A model generated the notes under the pieces. That model searched no databases, was not told the DNA's origin, and was given only the letters and a program-made list of their open reading frames with translations. A stretch of 64,000 bases of DNA from Bryobacterales bacterium. GTDB lineage: Bacteria > Acidobacteriota > Terriglobia > Bryobacterales > UBA6623. The first letter of the stretch is position 1, and each line of letters opens with the position of its first letter. Below, piece after piece: positions 10,831-20,171 of the stretch. Made by a program: the position numbers and the translations under genes. The stretch spans positions 258,492 through 322,491 of the forward strand of contig CBDFIS010000006.1 of assembly GCA_965248205.1 (NCBI GenBank), written 5' to 3'.

Positions 10831-11163
10831 ATGATGGCAGCGCATTGCCCTGAATGCAAGCAGCAGCTCGATAGACAGACCTTGCGCCAGGGGTTCAAAT
10901 GGTCCGCGCTTCAAGAAGTGCGGATCGATTGTCCGAGTTGCAAGACAACGCTCGAGATTACACCGGGCAGTGTCTCGTTGATTGCAGTAGCGTGCTGTCT
11001 GCTGGCGGTCATCACAATCCCCGGGATGTTGAATCTACATCAAAGGGGCGTGCCTCTGTTTGTGGTGGCCGTGATACCACCAATTCTGATTGTTCTTTGC
11101 CTGCCGATCATTTACGTGTTGCTGAGTCGATTCAACGTCAAACAGGATCTCTCCGTTCGTTAG
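10831..11163 (+). CDS. Small zinc-ribbon membrane protein (hypothetical)
   Basis: CPECK...CPSCK pairs followed by two hydrophobic helices. No family recognised. Confidence 0.5.
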   Translation: MMAAHCPECKQQLDRQTLRQGFKWSALQEVRIDCPSCKTTLEITPGSVSLIAVACCLLAVITIPGMLNLHQRGVPLFVVAVIPPILIVLCLPIIYVLLSRFNVKQDLSVR

Positions 11164-11206
11164 GGCTGAGTTTCGGAAGTTTCACGTACGAACCTCGGCG
11201 AAGATA

Positions 11207-11271
11207 AGCCCGCTGGAAGCGGGCTAAGACGGGTTTTGCGCCGGTTTCCCAACCAGCCGTAAAACGGCTGG
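11207..11271. terminator. Two hairpins between convergent genes
   Basis: AGCCCGC-tggaa-GCGGGCT (11207-11225), followed by GGGTTTTG, and CCAGCCG-taaaa-CGGCTGG (11253-11271). Confidence 0.35.
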
Positions 11272-11503
11272 TCTAGCAACGGCCCACGAAAGCCGCGTGA
11301 ACGCTGCTACCCCCCCTTCTGCTTTGAAAATAGGTCCCGTCTGTAGCGGAAATTACGTCACGGGGCCGTATTTTCATGGTCGGGGTGTACGAAGTTCATG
11401 GCGACTCGCGAAGGTTTGGATGGCCAAAGTTGACAAACACCGTGTCCGCCCAAGCGTGAGATTCACGGTGCGGCCCATTCGATTAGGCACCCGTTCCACG
11501 CGT

Positions 11504-12784
11504 TCATTCAAAGCGATTCCCCTCCCGCCAGGCATCGAAGCCGCCCGAGAAGAGAACGCTCAAACAGCTCTTGACTGAATCGCATCCCTCCGGGGGCGCT
11601 TTGAGCCGCGGAGGGTCGCCTCGTTTGTCGTACATCCCAAAGCCCCAGGCTTCCCCAGCGTTGCGAGGCGAATCGTAAACCTGCCACAAGACGACGTAGG
11701 GGCAACCCCACTCGAGCACTGTCTTCAGCGCGTAATACAAGCGCGGCAAGAGGGGACCGGTCGGGAGGTGTTCGAAACGGTCCCGGGCGTATCCGAGCTC
11801 GCCGACCATGACGAAGTCCTTGCCGAATCGACGGCGGCCAAGCGGCGAAAGCGACCCAGCGGCCTGCGACCGGATTCGTTCCAAGTCGCGGCGCACGCGA
11901 GTCACCGTCTCCAGGGGGTCGGTGTCGCTCTCCCGTGTTTCAAACGGCGAGTTGGCCGACTCGTAGGCGGAGTACGAAAGCAAGTCGAAGGTCACCTTGG
12001 GCACGACCTGGTCCAAAGCAGACCAGCCTTGTTCGGAAGACCCCTGTGTCAGGGCGGCCTTTTGGAACCGAGCGCCCCTTTGAACTATGCGCAGGTTGAC
12101 AAGGTTAATCTCGAAGGCGTGATAGATCCGCAGGCGAGCCTTAGGATAGCTGTTTCGAACCTCGTCTAGCGCTCGGAATCGCGTGTTTGTCCATTGCGTC
12201 AAGGTGTCGATCGCTCGGTCGGCTGAGCCGGTATAGTTCATGATCTCGAGCAACTTTTCATCGGCCTCCGAGTTGGCCAAGATAACGGTCTTCGGCTTGT
12301 CGCCGAATTGCTGGTAAAGAAACTCGCATAGCTCTTGCGTCTGGCCGTGTTCAAGTTCTGTTTCGACCCTGCCCCACGGGTGCAGCAGGTTGATGTCATC
12401 GGGCCCGGCCCCATAATCCCGAATCGGATAAAGGGTCAACACGACGGTCTCGATTGAGTCATCTTCCAATACGGACCTGTAACGGGGCAGCGCCAGGATC
12501 TTGGCCGGCGTCATAAGCCCGTCGACACGATCGCCACTAAATAGCCTCGAAGAAAAAGGGAGGTGCACGTAATCGAAGCGTGAGCCCAAATAAAGCCGAA
12601 ACACGCGAGATCCCGTTTCCGCGCTACGTCGGCGTGCCCTCGTCAATAAGTCTTCACCCGCCGTGAGATTGGGCGGGCCAACCCATTGATAGAAGCCGAT
12701 TCGTTGTTCAAGTCGAGGCTGGGCCGAAACCCCGCTTGCGACCAGCAACAATACCGCGAGACCGCCCCCAATGGACCTCGTCAT
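11504..12784 (-). CDS. Secreted hypothetical protein, possibly a clan GH-A-like TIM-barrel glycoside hydrolase
   Basis: Signal peptide MTRSIGGGLAVLLLVASGVSAQ. ILANSEADE and VMVGELGYA resemble the acid/base and nucleophile strands of GH-A enzymes; this is a weak, by-eye match. The start overlaps the upstream stop by 4 nt. Confidence 0.55.
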   Translation of the reverse strand: MTRSIGGGLAVLLLVASGVSAQPRLEQRIGFYQWVGPPNLTAGEDLLTRARRRSAETGSRVFRLYLGSRFDYVHLPFSSRLFSGDRVDGLMTPAKILALPRYRSVLEDDSIETVVLTLYPIRDYGAGPDDINLLHPWGRVETELEHGQTQELCEFLYQQFGDKPKTVILANSEADEKLLEIMNYTGSADRAIDTLTQWTNTRFRALDEVRNSYPKARLRIYHAFEINLVNLRIVQRGARFQKAALTQGSSEQGWSALDQVVPKVTFDLLSYSAYESANSPFETRESDTDPLETVTRVRRDLERIRSQAAGSLSPLGRRRFGKDFVMVGELGYARDRFEHLPTGPLLPRLYYALKTVLEWGCPYVVLWQVYDSPRNAGEAWGFGMYDKRGDPPRLKAPPEGCDSVKSCLSVLFSGGFDAWREGNRFE

Positions 12785-14349
12785 CGGCCGACCTTGATCA
12801 TGTGGGGATAACTGAGGCGACCCTCCGAGTCGACTCGAACCGGGAGTAAGCGCGCTTCCAGGTTCGGCGGCAGCCTGACGTTGATCTGATTGGGACCCAC
12901 GTAGAGCACTTCTCCGGCGTCGTCACCGAATAGGACGCGTGTCCGCTGGGGGACGAAGTTGCGGCCGAAGATTGTCAAGACGGCGTCTGGGCTAAAAGGG
13001 GGTGGCGTGTACTCGACCCCATCCACGATCGCATCCCGGAAGATGACAGGAAACTCGCCGGCGACCATGGGTTGATCCGGAAGGGCCGGAGGAAAAACGC
13101 GCTCCCACCAGCTTGGGCGGTATTCGATTCGCAGGGTAACCGGCCCGGTTCGATTGGGGTCGATTACCATGTATCCGAGAGGGTCGCGCTGAATCGGCAG
13201 ATCGATCCAACGGTCAGGTCTGTCGAGAACGGCAGCTTGCCATTCCGGTCGGGCGGTTATGCGGACGAGGATCGCGTCAGAAGGCCCCAGGTCGGCTCGG
13301 ATCTCTCCTCGACCGGCCGCCGTCCATCGGATACCCACGGCTTCCGGACGGCCTGCCCAATCGAGGTAGGCTGCCAGGCCCTGGCGATCGAACAATCCGC
13401 GGATGGCAGGAAGCGTTTTCCACGCCGACCGGGAGACCACCACCGCCTGAGCCGGGTTGGGGCCCGGCACGTAGTAAGCACACCACCCTTTTTCGTCATA
13501 CACGCACTCGAAATGCGGGTGAAACCTTCGCCAATTCTCGCTTATCAGATACCCAACGGCCATGGCCTTTAGCCACAGCAGCGACTCTGGGCGGCGTGCG
13601 CCGACGCGAACGAATTCAGAGGCCTGTGCCAACACGGGGTTCCCCATAACGTCGATCGAAACCGGCCCGAAGACTCTGACATCCTCTGACTGTTGGTCGA
13701 TCCACTCGAGTGCGCCTTGCGGCATGGGCGCTGGCTGTAGTGAGTAGCGGGGCAGGAGCAAGAAGGTCCAAACCGCGTATGAGAGAAATACCGCGAAGCA
13801 GATCCAGCGCGCCGGCGGCGATCCGAACCGCGGCGAAAATGAAACCAGACCCACAACCGCCAGTTCCGCCACGGCAAGCGCATCGAGCAAACGAGGGCGG
13901 TCGGGAAAGGTCGCAAGCAACAGTACTGCGACACCCGCCACAAAGAGCAGCGCCGCCACCCGGGGCTTACGCCGGCAGCCCTCCAACGCCAGAAGCAGAA
14001 ACGGAACGAACGACCAAAACAAGACTCGGGCGCCATCAGGTTGATCGAAAACGGCGTGCAGACGCGAGGGTGCGAAAGCGTAGAGCAATGCTGCCGTCGC
14101 CGCCGCCGGGACTGTCGCCCGCAGTCTTCTCGCGAGCAGATAGACTCCCGCGCAACCCGCTGTGTAGGCAAGTCCAACGACCGCAACGTATGCCCACTCC
14201 GTGGAGCTGCCAGTGAGAGACACAACGCAGGCCACGAGCAACGGAAGCAGCCGCGATGTGACCGCGAACGGTGGCACCACGCCCAGCTTCAACACTTGCT
14301 CCGCGGCTTGAATCGAGACCTGAGCAGTGCTGTCGGCGGCGTAGATCAT
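12781..14349 (-). CDS. Polytopic membrane protein with a C-terminal Solibacter-type Ig-like domain
   Basis: The N-terminal roughly 200 aa form multiple hydrophobic helices. The C-terminus, ..AVLTIFGRNFVPQRTRVLFGDDAGEVLYVGPNQINVRLPPNL..LPVRV.., resembles the uncharacterised C-terminal domain that is amplified in Solibacter usitatus (TIGRFAMs Soli_cterm type). Confidence 0.6.
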   Translation of the reverse strand: MIYAADSTAQVSIQAAEQVLKLGVVPPFAVTSRLLPLLVACVVSLTGSSTEWAYVAVVGLAYTAGCAGVYLLARRLRATVPAAATAALLYAFAPSRLHAVFDQPDGARVLFWSFVPFLLLALEGCRRKPRVAALLFVAGVAVLLLATFPDRPRLLDALAVAELAVVGLVSFSPRFGSPPARWICFAVFLSYAVWTFLLLPRYSLQPAPMPQGALEWIDQQSEDVRVFGPVSIDVMGNPVLAQASEFVRVGARRPESLLWLKAMAVGYLISENWRRFHPHFECVYDEKGWCAYYVPGPNPAQAVVVSRSAWKTLPAIRGLFDRQGLAAYLDWAGRPEAVGIRWTAAGRGEIRADLGPSDAILVRITARPEWQAAVLDRPDRWIDLPIQRDPLGYMVIDPNRTGPVTLRIEYRPSWWERVFPPALPDQPMVAGEFPVIFRDAIVDGVEYTPPPFSPDAVLTIFGRNFVPQRTRVLFGDDAGEVLYVGPNQINVRLPPNLEARLLPVRVDSEGRLSYPHMIKVGR

Positions 14350-15752
14350 TCCTTCACGTGAATTTCGACCGCCGGAAACGCCCGTCGTCCCAGCCGAATA
14401 CTCAGCTTGTGCACGCCCGTCCCCACATCCTCGGGAAGGGTCAGATTGAACTCATAGAGCCGCGTCAGCGGATCGACGGCATACGGCTCCACGAGTTCCA
14501 CCGGGTGACCGTCGATATCGGCAGCGAACGCGCTGTTGACCTCCGCTTCCGAGGCCGCATCCACCTCTTCGAGCCGGACCCGGATCTTTCGGCTCTCGAT
14601 AGCGACGCTCGAAAGCAGGTTTGTGCCGTCGCTCACGCGGACCAGCCGCGGGACGAGAGGCCCCGGTGGGGCCACCCGCATCAAGGCCGTATTAGAGGCA
14701 GGCCTGCCCAAGACGCGAAGACGTACGGGAACCATACCGGTTCGAACGCCGGGAGGCAGGTAGAAGTTGACCTGACTCGGTCCTCGCCAAGCATGCTTGC
14801 CGATGAAGCTGGGAGCCGTGAGCACCCCTTCAACTTCGATCCTCAACGAGTTGAGGTCCACTTCTTGCGGCAAATCCACGACCCAAAGCGCGCCGCTGGC
14901 GTAGCGTCCCGCGCAGGGGACGACGGCGTCAGGACTCAAGGTGTTCGCAATACCAATGACGCGGGCATTCCGGAAATCATCGAGTCGGGCTTTCCAACCT
15001 GGGGTGCGTTTACGAGCCGTCATCCACAGGTACTGCGTATCAAAACCGTCCATCGATAGCAGTTGTAGGTCGCGCTTTTCGACAGCGCGGGCAATTTCCT
15101 CCGGACGGAATCGAACACCGCTCCATGTATCGGGAGCCGCGGTGGCTCTGCGATGCGCAGCTCGTTGTGGAGCGGCAGCGCGCTGCGACCACCCGGGCTC
15201 GGGCCGTGGGTCAACCCGCTGCTCGTCCCCCGACAAGCCGTTCAGTTGCCACTTGAAGATGATGCCTCCCTCCTTGAGTACGCGGGCGCCCTCGCGCAGG
15301 TACTCCAAGACGACCCGCGTGTCAGGGATATGCTGAAAGACGGCGAACGAATAGCAGAAATCGATCGATTCGTTTTCGAAGGCCGCGAGGTCAGATCCCT
15401 GGTTGAGACGAGCGTCGGCGTGATCAACACCAGCCAGATTCTCCCTTGCCAACGCGATCATTTCACCGGAAACATCCACGCCTGAGATACGACCGAATAC
15501 CTCGCTGAGTGGAAGCATTAGGCGGCCGGGCCCGCAGCCGATCTCGAGCGCCGAAAGCTGTTTGAAGTCCGTGCCAGGAGGAAAACGCCGAAACTCTTCC
15601 CTCAGGATCCGTAGGACGTCGGCGGCGGAGTCGAAGAACTCCTCTCGGCTCTGCTGCAGGCGCCCAAACCCGGCGTAGTAGCAAGCGTCTTCGCGGGCAC
15701 GCCGATCCCATTCCGTGCGCATCTGCTCACTGACCGTACTCGGGGAAGTCAT
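14346..15752 (-). CDS. Class I SAM-dependent methyltransferase fused to C-terminal Ig-like domains
   Basis: SAM motif LEIGCGPGRLMLPL followed by ISGVDVSGEM. The C-terminal half contains beta-rich segments (..SQVNFYLPPGVRTGMVPVRLRV..) similar to those in the neighbouring gene. Confidence 0.7.
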   Translation of the reverse strand: MTSPSTVSEQMRTEWDRRAREDACYYAGFGRLQQSREEFFDSAADVLRILREEFRRFPPGTDFKQLSALEIGCGPGRLMLPLSEVFGRISGVDVSGEMIALARENLAGVDHADARLNQGSDLAAFENESIDFCYSFAVFQHIPDTRVVLEYLREGARVLKEGGIIFKWQLNGLSGDEQRVDPRPEPGWSQRAAAPQRAAHRRATAAPDTWSGVRFRPEEIARAVEKRDLQLLSMDGFDTQYLWMTARKRTPGWKARLDDFRNARVIGIANTLSPDAVVPCAGRYASGALWVVDLPQEVDLNSLRIEVEGVLTAPSFIGKHAWRGPSQVNFYLPPGVRTGMVPVRLRVLGRPASNTALMRVAPPGPLVPRLVRVSDGTNLLSSVAIESRKIRVRLEEVDAASEAEVNSAFAADIDGHPVELVEPYAVDPLTRLYEFNLTLPEDVGTGVHKLSIRLGRRAFPAVEIHVKE

Positions 15753-15901
15753 CGAACAACAAGTGTAGCGGTAGGCGTGAAAAAAATCGACGCCTGCTCA
15801 ATCATGTAGGGAAAGGTGGCAATCCCGGGCAGCGCCGGAATATAGTAGGCTAGTCGTATACTCGCGGAATCAGCGACCCCCCCCGGTCCCGCGCCCGCGC
15901 T

Positions 15902-16528
15902 ATGAACCTGCCGAACGCCCTTAGCGTACTGCGGATCTTCTTCGTGCCGCTGCTATTGGCGGTGATGCTGCGCCGTAACATCGAGCTCGACACGGGCTGG
16001 GTGATCATCTCCAAAGAATGGCTGGCGCTGGCCATTTTCTTGATAGCAGCGTCCACCGATCTGTTGGACGGCTACTTGGCGCGGCGCCGGCGGCAGATCA
16101 CCACCTTCGGGAAGCTGCTCGACCCTCTGGCCGACAAGCTGCTGATTTCGGCCGCCTTTATCTCTCTCGTCGAACTGGGGCGAGTCCCGGCCTGGATGGT
16201 GGTGATTATCGTGAGCCGAGAGTTCGCGGTCTCCGGGCTGCGAAGCATCGCAATCTCGCAGGGCTACGCGATCAGCGCCAGCGATCTGGGCAAGACGAAA
16301 ATGGTCACACAGGTCATCGCTGTTTCGCTGTTGCTGATGGCGCCGTATTCGGCCCTGGTGCGCGAAATGGCCTATGTAGCGCTGTGGTTCGTGGTGGTTT
16401 TCGCCCTGCTGTCAGCCATAGACTATTTCCGGGCCTTCCGGAAGAAGGTCGAAGCCCGGGATGCCGCCGCAGTCGCTCCCAACGTCGTTGAGCTTCGCAA
16501 GGGAGACAACGAGAACTTGGCAAGCTAA
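15902..16528 (+). CDS. pgsA: CDP-diacylglycerol--glycerol-3-phosphate 3-phosphatidyltransferase
   Basis: CDP-alcohol phosphatidyltransferase signature DLLDGYLARRRRQITTFGKLLDPLADK, and the N-terminus NLPNALSVLRIFFVPLL. Confidence 0.9.
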   Translation: MNLPNALSVLRIFFVPLLLAVMLRRNIELDTGWVIISKEWLALAIFLIAASTDLLDGYLARRRRQITTFGKLLDPLADKLLISAAFISLVELGRVPAWMVVIIVSREFAVSGLRSIAISQGYAISASDLGKTKMVTQVIAVSLLLMAPYSALVREMAYVALWFVVVFALLSAIDYFRAFRKKVEARDAAAVAPNVVELRKGDNENLAS

Positions 16529-16654
16529 GGGCAGACGGAAGCTCGTTCGCGGAAGGCTTGAGGCAGCATCGCTGGTCCTTCCTCCCGCCCCGCCAACCTC
16601 CATCGCAAGTTCCCCGGCGCCTTGCGTGCGGCTCTCGGGAACGCAACGGACGAC

Positions 16655-17509
16655 TTAAGGCTCTTCAAGGTCGAATAGGACAGCGCCTTCTCTTTGAGCA
16701 GCAATCTCCTTGTCGAAGAAGGCGACGATCAGATCCCGCCGCGCCAACAGCGCGCGGATCTCGACATCCTTTAGGTACGGTTTCAACCCGCTCGATAGGC
16801 TCTCGTAGTCCAAGCTCCGCATCGCTTCGAGGAATTTGCGGTCGCACTTCCTCAATTGCTTAACGTTATGAAGCTTTTTGTGGCGCCGGAAAGCGCGCGT
16901 GTGGTCGATCATCCACAGTTTCCAGTCTTTCGTAATGAGCAGGTTCCCCAAGTTGCGGTCGACGTTGTAAATAAGCTCGTCAAAGACCCGGACACGGAAG
17001 ATCCGGTTGTTCCAAGCCCGCCGGTTCGGCGGCTGGGTTCGGCTCAAATAGCGCTTTTTCTCAGTCATTAGGACATCGTCGACCCACCATGTCAGCGCGC
17101 CCCTTTTCCCACTCAACGTCCGCTCTACGCTAACGGGGGTCATTCCTAACCCGAGCATGCCGTCAAGGAGGTAGGCCGCAATGTTGTACAGGTAGCTGTC
17201 ACGAAAACCTATCTCCGTCCCGGCTCCTGAGTGATGAGTCATTTTCCAAACATCGACATCCTGAAACTGAGCATCGTGGGTAAAGTCGCCGTCCGTTAGA
17301 GTGACGCGCTTGGATGCGGTTGTTCCCTCCGAGATATAGCGCGTTTTCACGACTTTCGCGGTTGACAGGAACTTCTGTTTCTGTTGAGGCGTCCATAGCG
17401 TTGGGTCGGTGGGCCGGGAAGGTTCGGCAGCCCGGGCCCCGCATAGCAGCGGCAATACAATGGCCGTGAAAAGAACAGCTTGTCTGGGAAACCGCAAGAC
17501 CTCTCTCAT
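16655..17509 (-). CDS. Secreted hypothetical protein with a PI3/PI4-kinase-like catalytic-loop signature
   Basis: Signal peptide (..FTAIVLPLLCGARAAEP). NVDRNLGNLLI followed by WMIDHTRAF resembles the DRHxxN catalytic loop plus the metal-binding ID(F/H) segment of atypical lipid/protein kinases. Confidence 0.55.
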   Translation of the reverse strand: MREVLRFPRQAVLFTAIVLPLLCGARAAEPSRPTDPTLWTPQQKQKFLSTAKVVKTRYISEGTTASKRVTLTDGDFTHDAQFQDVDVWKMTHHSGAGTEIGFRDSYLYNIAAYLLDGMLGLGMTPVSVERTLSGKRGALTWWVDDVLMTEKKRYLSRTQPPNRRAWNNRIFRVRVFDELIYNVDRNLGNLLITKDWKLWMIDHTRAFRRHKKLHNVKQLRKCDRKFLEAMRSLDYESLSSGLKPYLKDVEIRALLARRDLIVAFFDKEIAAQREGAVLFDLEEP

Positions 17510-17563
17510 GGCGATGCGTCGTGACGGGCCGTTGGCGGGCGATGGGGCAAGCTAGCAACCATT

Positions 17564-17932
17564 CTACCGGGCGCGCTCACCCATTTCGCCGGCCATAGCC
17601 TTGGCCCCGTCTAGAGCTAGTACAGCCGCATGTTTTGACTCGGCGGAGAGACCGCCGACCGCCTCCTCGACATCTTCGCGTGTCAAGGCCAGCGCCTCCT
17701 CCGCTGTCTTGCCTAATAGGAGCTCGGTTAAAGCAGAGCCGACGGCAATCGAAGCCGTGCACCCCCGGGTCAAATACCGGACAGCGGTCAGTCGACCGTC
17801 CGCGACCCGCGCACTTAGCTGCAGAATATCCCCACAGATAGGATTCGATACCTCTACCCGGATGTCCGGGCTCGGTAACTCGCCGGCGTTGCGGGGATTC
17901 TGAAAATGGTCGAGGAGCCGCTCGCTGTACAC
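17564..17932 (-). CDS. IscU/NifU-N-like Fe-S scaffold homologue lacking the third ligand cysteine
   Basis: DHFQNPRN, PICGD and TRGCTASIA match IscU Cys37 and Cys63. The position of IscU His105-Cys106 reads KHAAVLA, a Cys-to-Ala change. Confidence 0.8.
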   Translation of the reverse strand: MYSERLLDHFQNPRNAGELPSPDIRVEVSNPICGDILQLSARVADGRLTAVRYLTRGCTASIAVGSALTELLLGKTAEEALALTREDVEEAVGGLSAESKHAAVLALDGAKAMAGEMGERAR

Positions 17933-18236
17933 GAGCCCATATTCTACTGCTCAAAGGCAAAGTCGGGCTCAAGTCAGCCCTAGCTCGCTCTTCCTACGAG
18001 TAGTGAGGCGAAGCGCCTTAGAGGACCCTTGTCGCGATCGCGGGAAAATCCCAGACGGTTCGCGAGATCGCCGGAAGCGAGCTGCGTTTGCCAGCGCACT
18101 TTTAAGCTCCGTGCAATCAGCCGGCGATGGCGATAACAGTGCCGGTCTGTGGCCGTTAGCGGATCCGTTCGGGAACGGCCGTGTCTCGCTTCGTCTTCTC
18201 CGGGTCACGTGGAGGAACAGGCGCAGCAGCTTGGGG

Positions 18237-18443
18237 TTAGACCTTGGTAGCCGCCTTGCGCCGTTTGCGCTTTCCGCCGCCTGCGGACGCCAATATTTCG
18301 GCTATTTCGGCTAAGTACTTGGGGGGCCGACCGCGGCGAGGTCGACCGACTGCTAGGCCTTCCAGCATCCGTATAACATAGTTCAGCCGCTCCAGCTCTT
18401 CGCGTAGAACTTTGATGGCATTGTAGATTGGTTCGCTAGCCAT
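18237..18443 (-). CDS. Small coiled-coil protein with an AT-hook-like motif (hypothetical DNA-binding protein)
   Basis: 68 aa. Strong RBS (GGGGAGG 9 nt upstream). Heptad-like N-terminus, then GRPRRGRPPK and a lysine/arginine-rich tail. Confidence 0.55.
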   Translation of the reverse strand: MASEPIYNAIKVLREELERLNYVIRMLEGLAVGRPRRGRPPKYLAEIAEILASAGGGKRKRRKAATKV

Positions 18444-18504
18444 GCGACGTACCTCCCCTGTTGATATCGGCCTCTCGACACTACGGCTTTACGACACTGA
18501 GACC

Positions 18505-20171
18505 CGCATTTCCAATTTGATTTCGGCATCCCGACCTTGCAGCGGCCTTCAGCGTCTTTATTTATAGGGGTTCAAGCCCTGTCAGGACGCACGGAGGCCA
18601 ACACCCAATGGGTGAAAAAGAAAACAAGCCGTTTCAGCTCACCTTCAACGGATTTCTCAAAGTCGATTTCCAAGGATCGCGCGTCACCTCGGATGGTGGC
18701 CTGATTCTCATTCGGGAACTGGACGAGCGGCTCGGACTGGGCAAGCTGATCGACGAGCATCTGACGGATTCGCGGCAAGGCACAAACAAGAAGTTCCCAC
18801 TGGCCGACCTGGTGCGGCAATCGGTCTACAGCCGCCTCGCCGGCTACGAGGATCTCAACGATGCTGCCCGTGTCTCGGCTGACCCGACTTTTCGTCTGAT
18901 CGGCTCGAAGAAGAACTGGGATCGCGGCGGGGCGCTTACGTCGCGTCTACAAAGCTTTGAGGCAGAGCTGCTGGCCAGTGAAGAGAACCTGCTTGGGCTG
19001 ATGGCGGTGAACCGCGAGTTGGTCGCTCAAGCCCAAGCGCAGGACGAGTCCGAGCGTGTCGTGCTCGATATGGACTCCACGGAAAGCCCGGTCCACGGTC
19101 AGCAGGAAGGCAGCGCTTACAACGGCCATTTCGAGTCCACCTGCTACCACCCGCTGTTGCTGTTCAACCAGCACGGTGATTGTCTGGCGGCGAAGCTGCG
19201 AGCGGGTAACGTGTCCAGCGCCGAGGACTGGGACGAACTGCTGCTGCCCGAGATCGAGCGCCAACAGGGAGAAGGCAAGCAAGTGACGTTCCGCGCCGAC
19301 GCCGCCTTCGCCAAGCCGGAGATCTACGAGGCGTTGGAGGATCGCGGAGTGGACTACGTCATTCGCATCCCAGCAAACAAGAACCTGGAGTTGGAGATCG
19401 AAGAGATTCTGTTCCGTCCGCCGGGCAGGCCGAGCCTGAAGCCACTAGTGCGCTACAAGAGCTTCCGCTATCAGGCCGCGAGTTGGTCGAAGCCTCGGCG
19501 GGTTGTGGCCAAGGTTGAGCACCACCAAGGCGAGTTGTTTCCTCGCGTCGGGTTCATCGTCACGAGCATGAGCTTGCCCAGTCGGTCGCTGGTGCGCTTC
19601 TACAACAAGCGCGGCACGGCCGAGCAATGGATCAAGGAAGGCAAGCAGGCAACCCACTGGACACGGCTGTCCTGTCATCGTTTCCGGGCAAACGAGGTGC
19701 GTTTGCAGTTGAGCGTGTTGGCCTACAACCTGGGGAACCTGTGGCGGCGGCTGGGGCTGGCGCAGAGGATCAAGAACTGGTCGCTGACGAGCTTGCAGCA
19801 TCGGTTGATGAAAACCGGAGGGCGGCTGGTCAAGCATGCCCGCTATTACTGGCTGCTGTTGGCCGAGGGGCATCTCAACCGCAAGCTGTTCGCTGAGATG
19901 CTGGGGCGGATCTGGGCGCTGCCTGTGCCAGGCGGGTAACGGGCGACGGCTGCGACGGAGAAGAGACGCTGGGTTGCTGAAGAGGGAACTACTCGGAGCC
20001 GTGTCGGCGAAAAGCCCTCCAGCGAGCTGGAACGCGGCGATCGAGCGGCATTCAGCGACCCAAACGGGAGCGAACGGAGCATCGATCGTGAGAGGAAGAC
20101 GAAGACCTTGCACCCGAGCCGCGGATCGGAGTATCCTGACCATCGCGGGATGGCCAAAACGGAAATTCCAG
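18505..20171 (+). mobile_element. IS1380-family insertion sequence, copy 2
   Basis: Near-identical to 1128-2794. Flanked by CTGAGAC at 18497-18503 and 20172-20178. One extra C (18504) lies between the left repeat and the first base shared with copy 1. Confidence 0.9.
18608..19939 (+). CDS. IS1380 family transposase
   Basis: 443-aa product identical to the 1231-2562 product. Confidence 0.9.
   Translation: MGEKENKPFQLTFNGFLKVDFQGSRVTSDGGLILIRELDERLGLGKLIDEHLTDSRQGTNKKFPLADLVRQSVYSRLAGYEDLNDAARVSADPTFRLIGSKKNWDRGGALTSRLQSFEAELLASEENLLGLMAVNRELVAQAQAQDESERVVLDMDSTESPVHGQQEGSAYNGHFESTCYHPLLLFNQHGDCLAAKLRAGNVSSAEDWDELLLPEIERQQGEGKQVTFRADAAFAKPEIYEALEDRGVDYVIRIPANKNLELEIEEILFRPPGRPSLKPLVRYKSFRYQAASWSKPRRVVAKVEHHQGELFPRVGFIVTSMSLPSRSLVRFYNKRGTAEQWIKEGKQATHWTRLSCHRFRANEVRLQLSVLAYNLGNLWRRLGLAQRIKNWSLTSLQHRLMKTGGRLVKHARYYWLLLAEGHLNRKLFAEMLGRIWALPVPGG

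Noticed and set aside
2795-18504. Composite transposon formed by the two direct IS1380 copies.
   Set aside because: The cargo is core metabolism (acnA, pgsA, pcm). Each IS has its own different flanking duplication, and there is no shared duplication at the outer ends.
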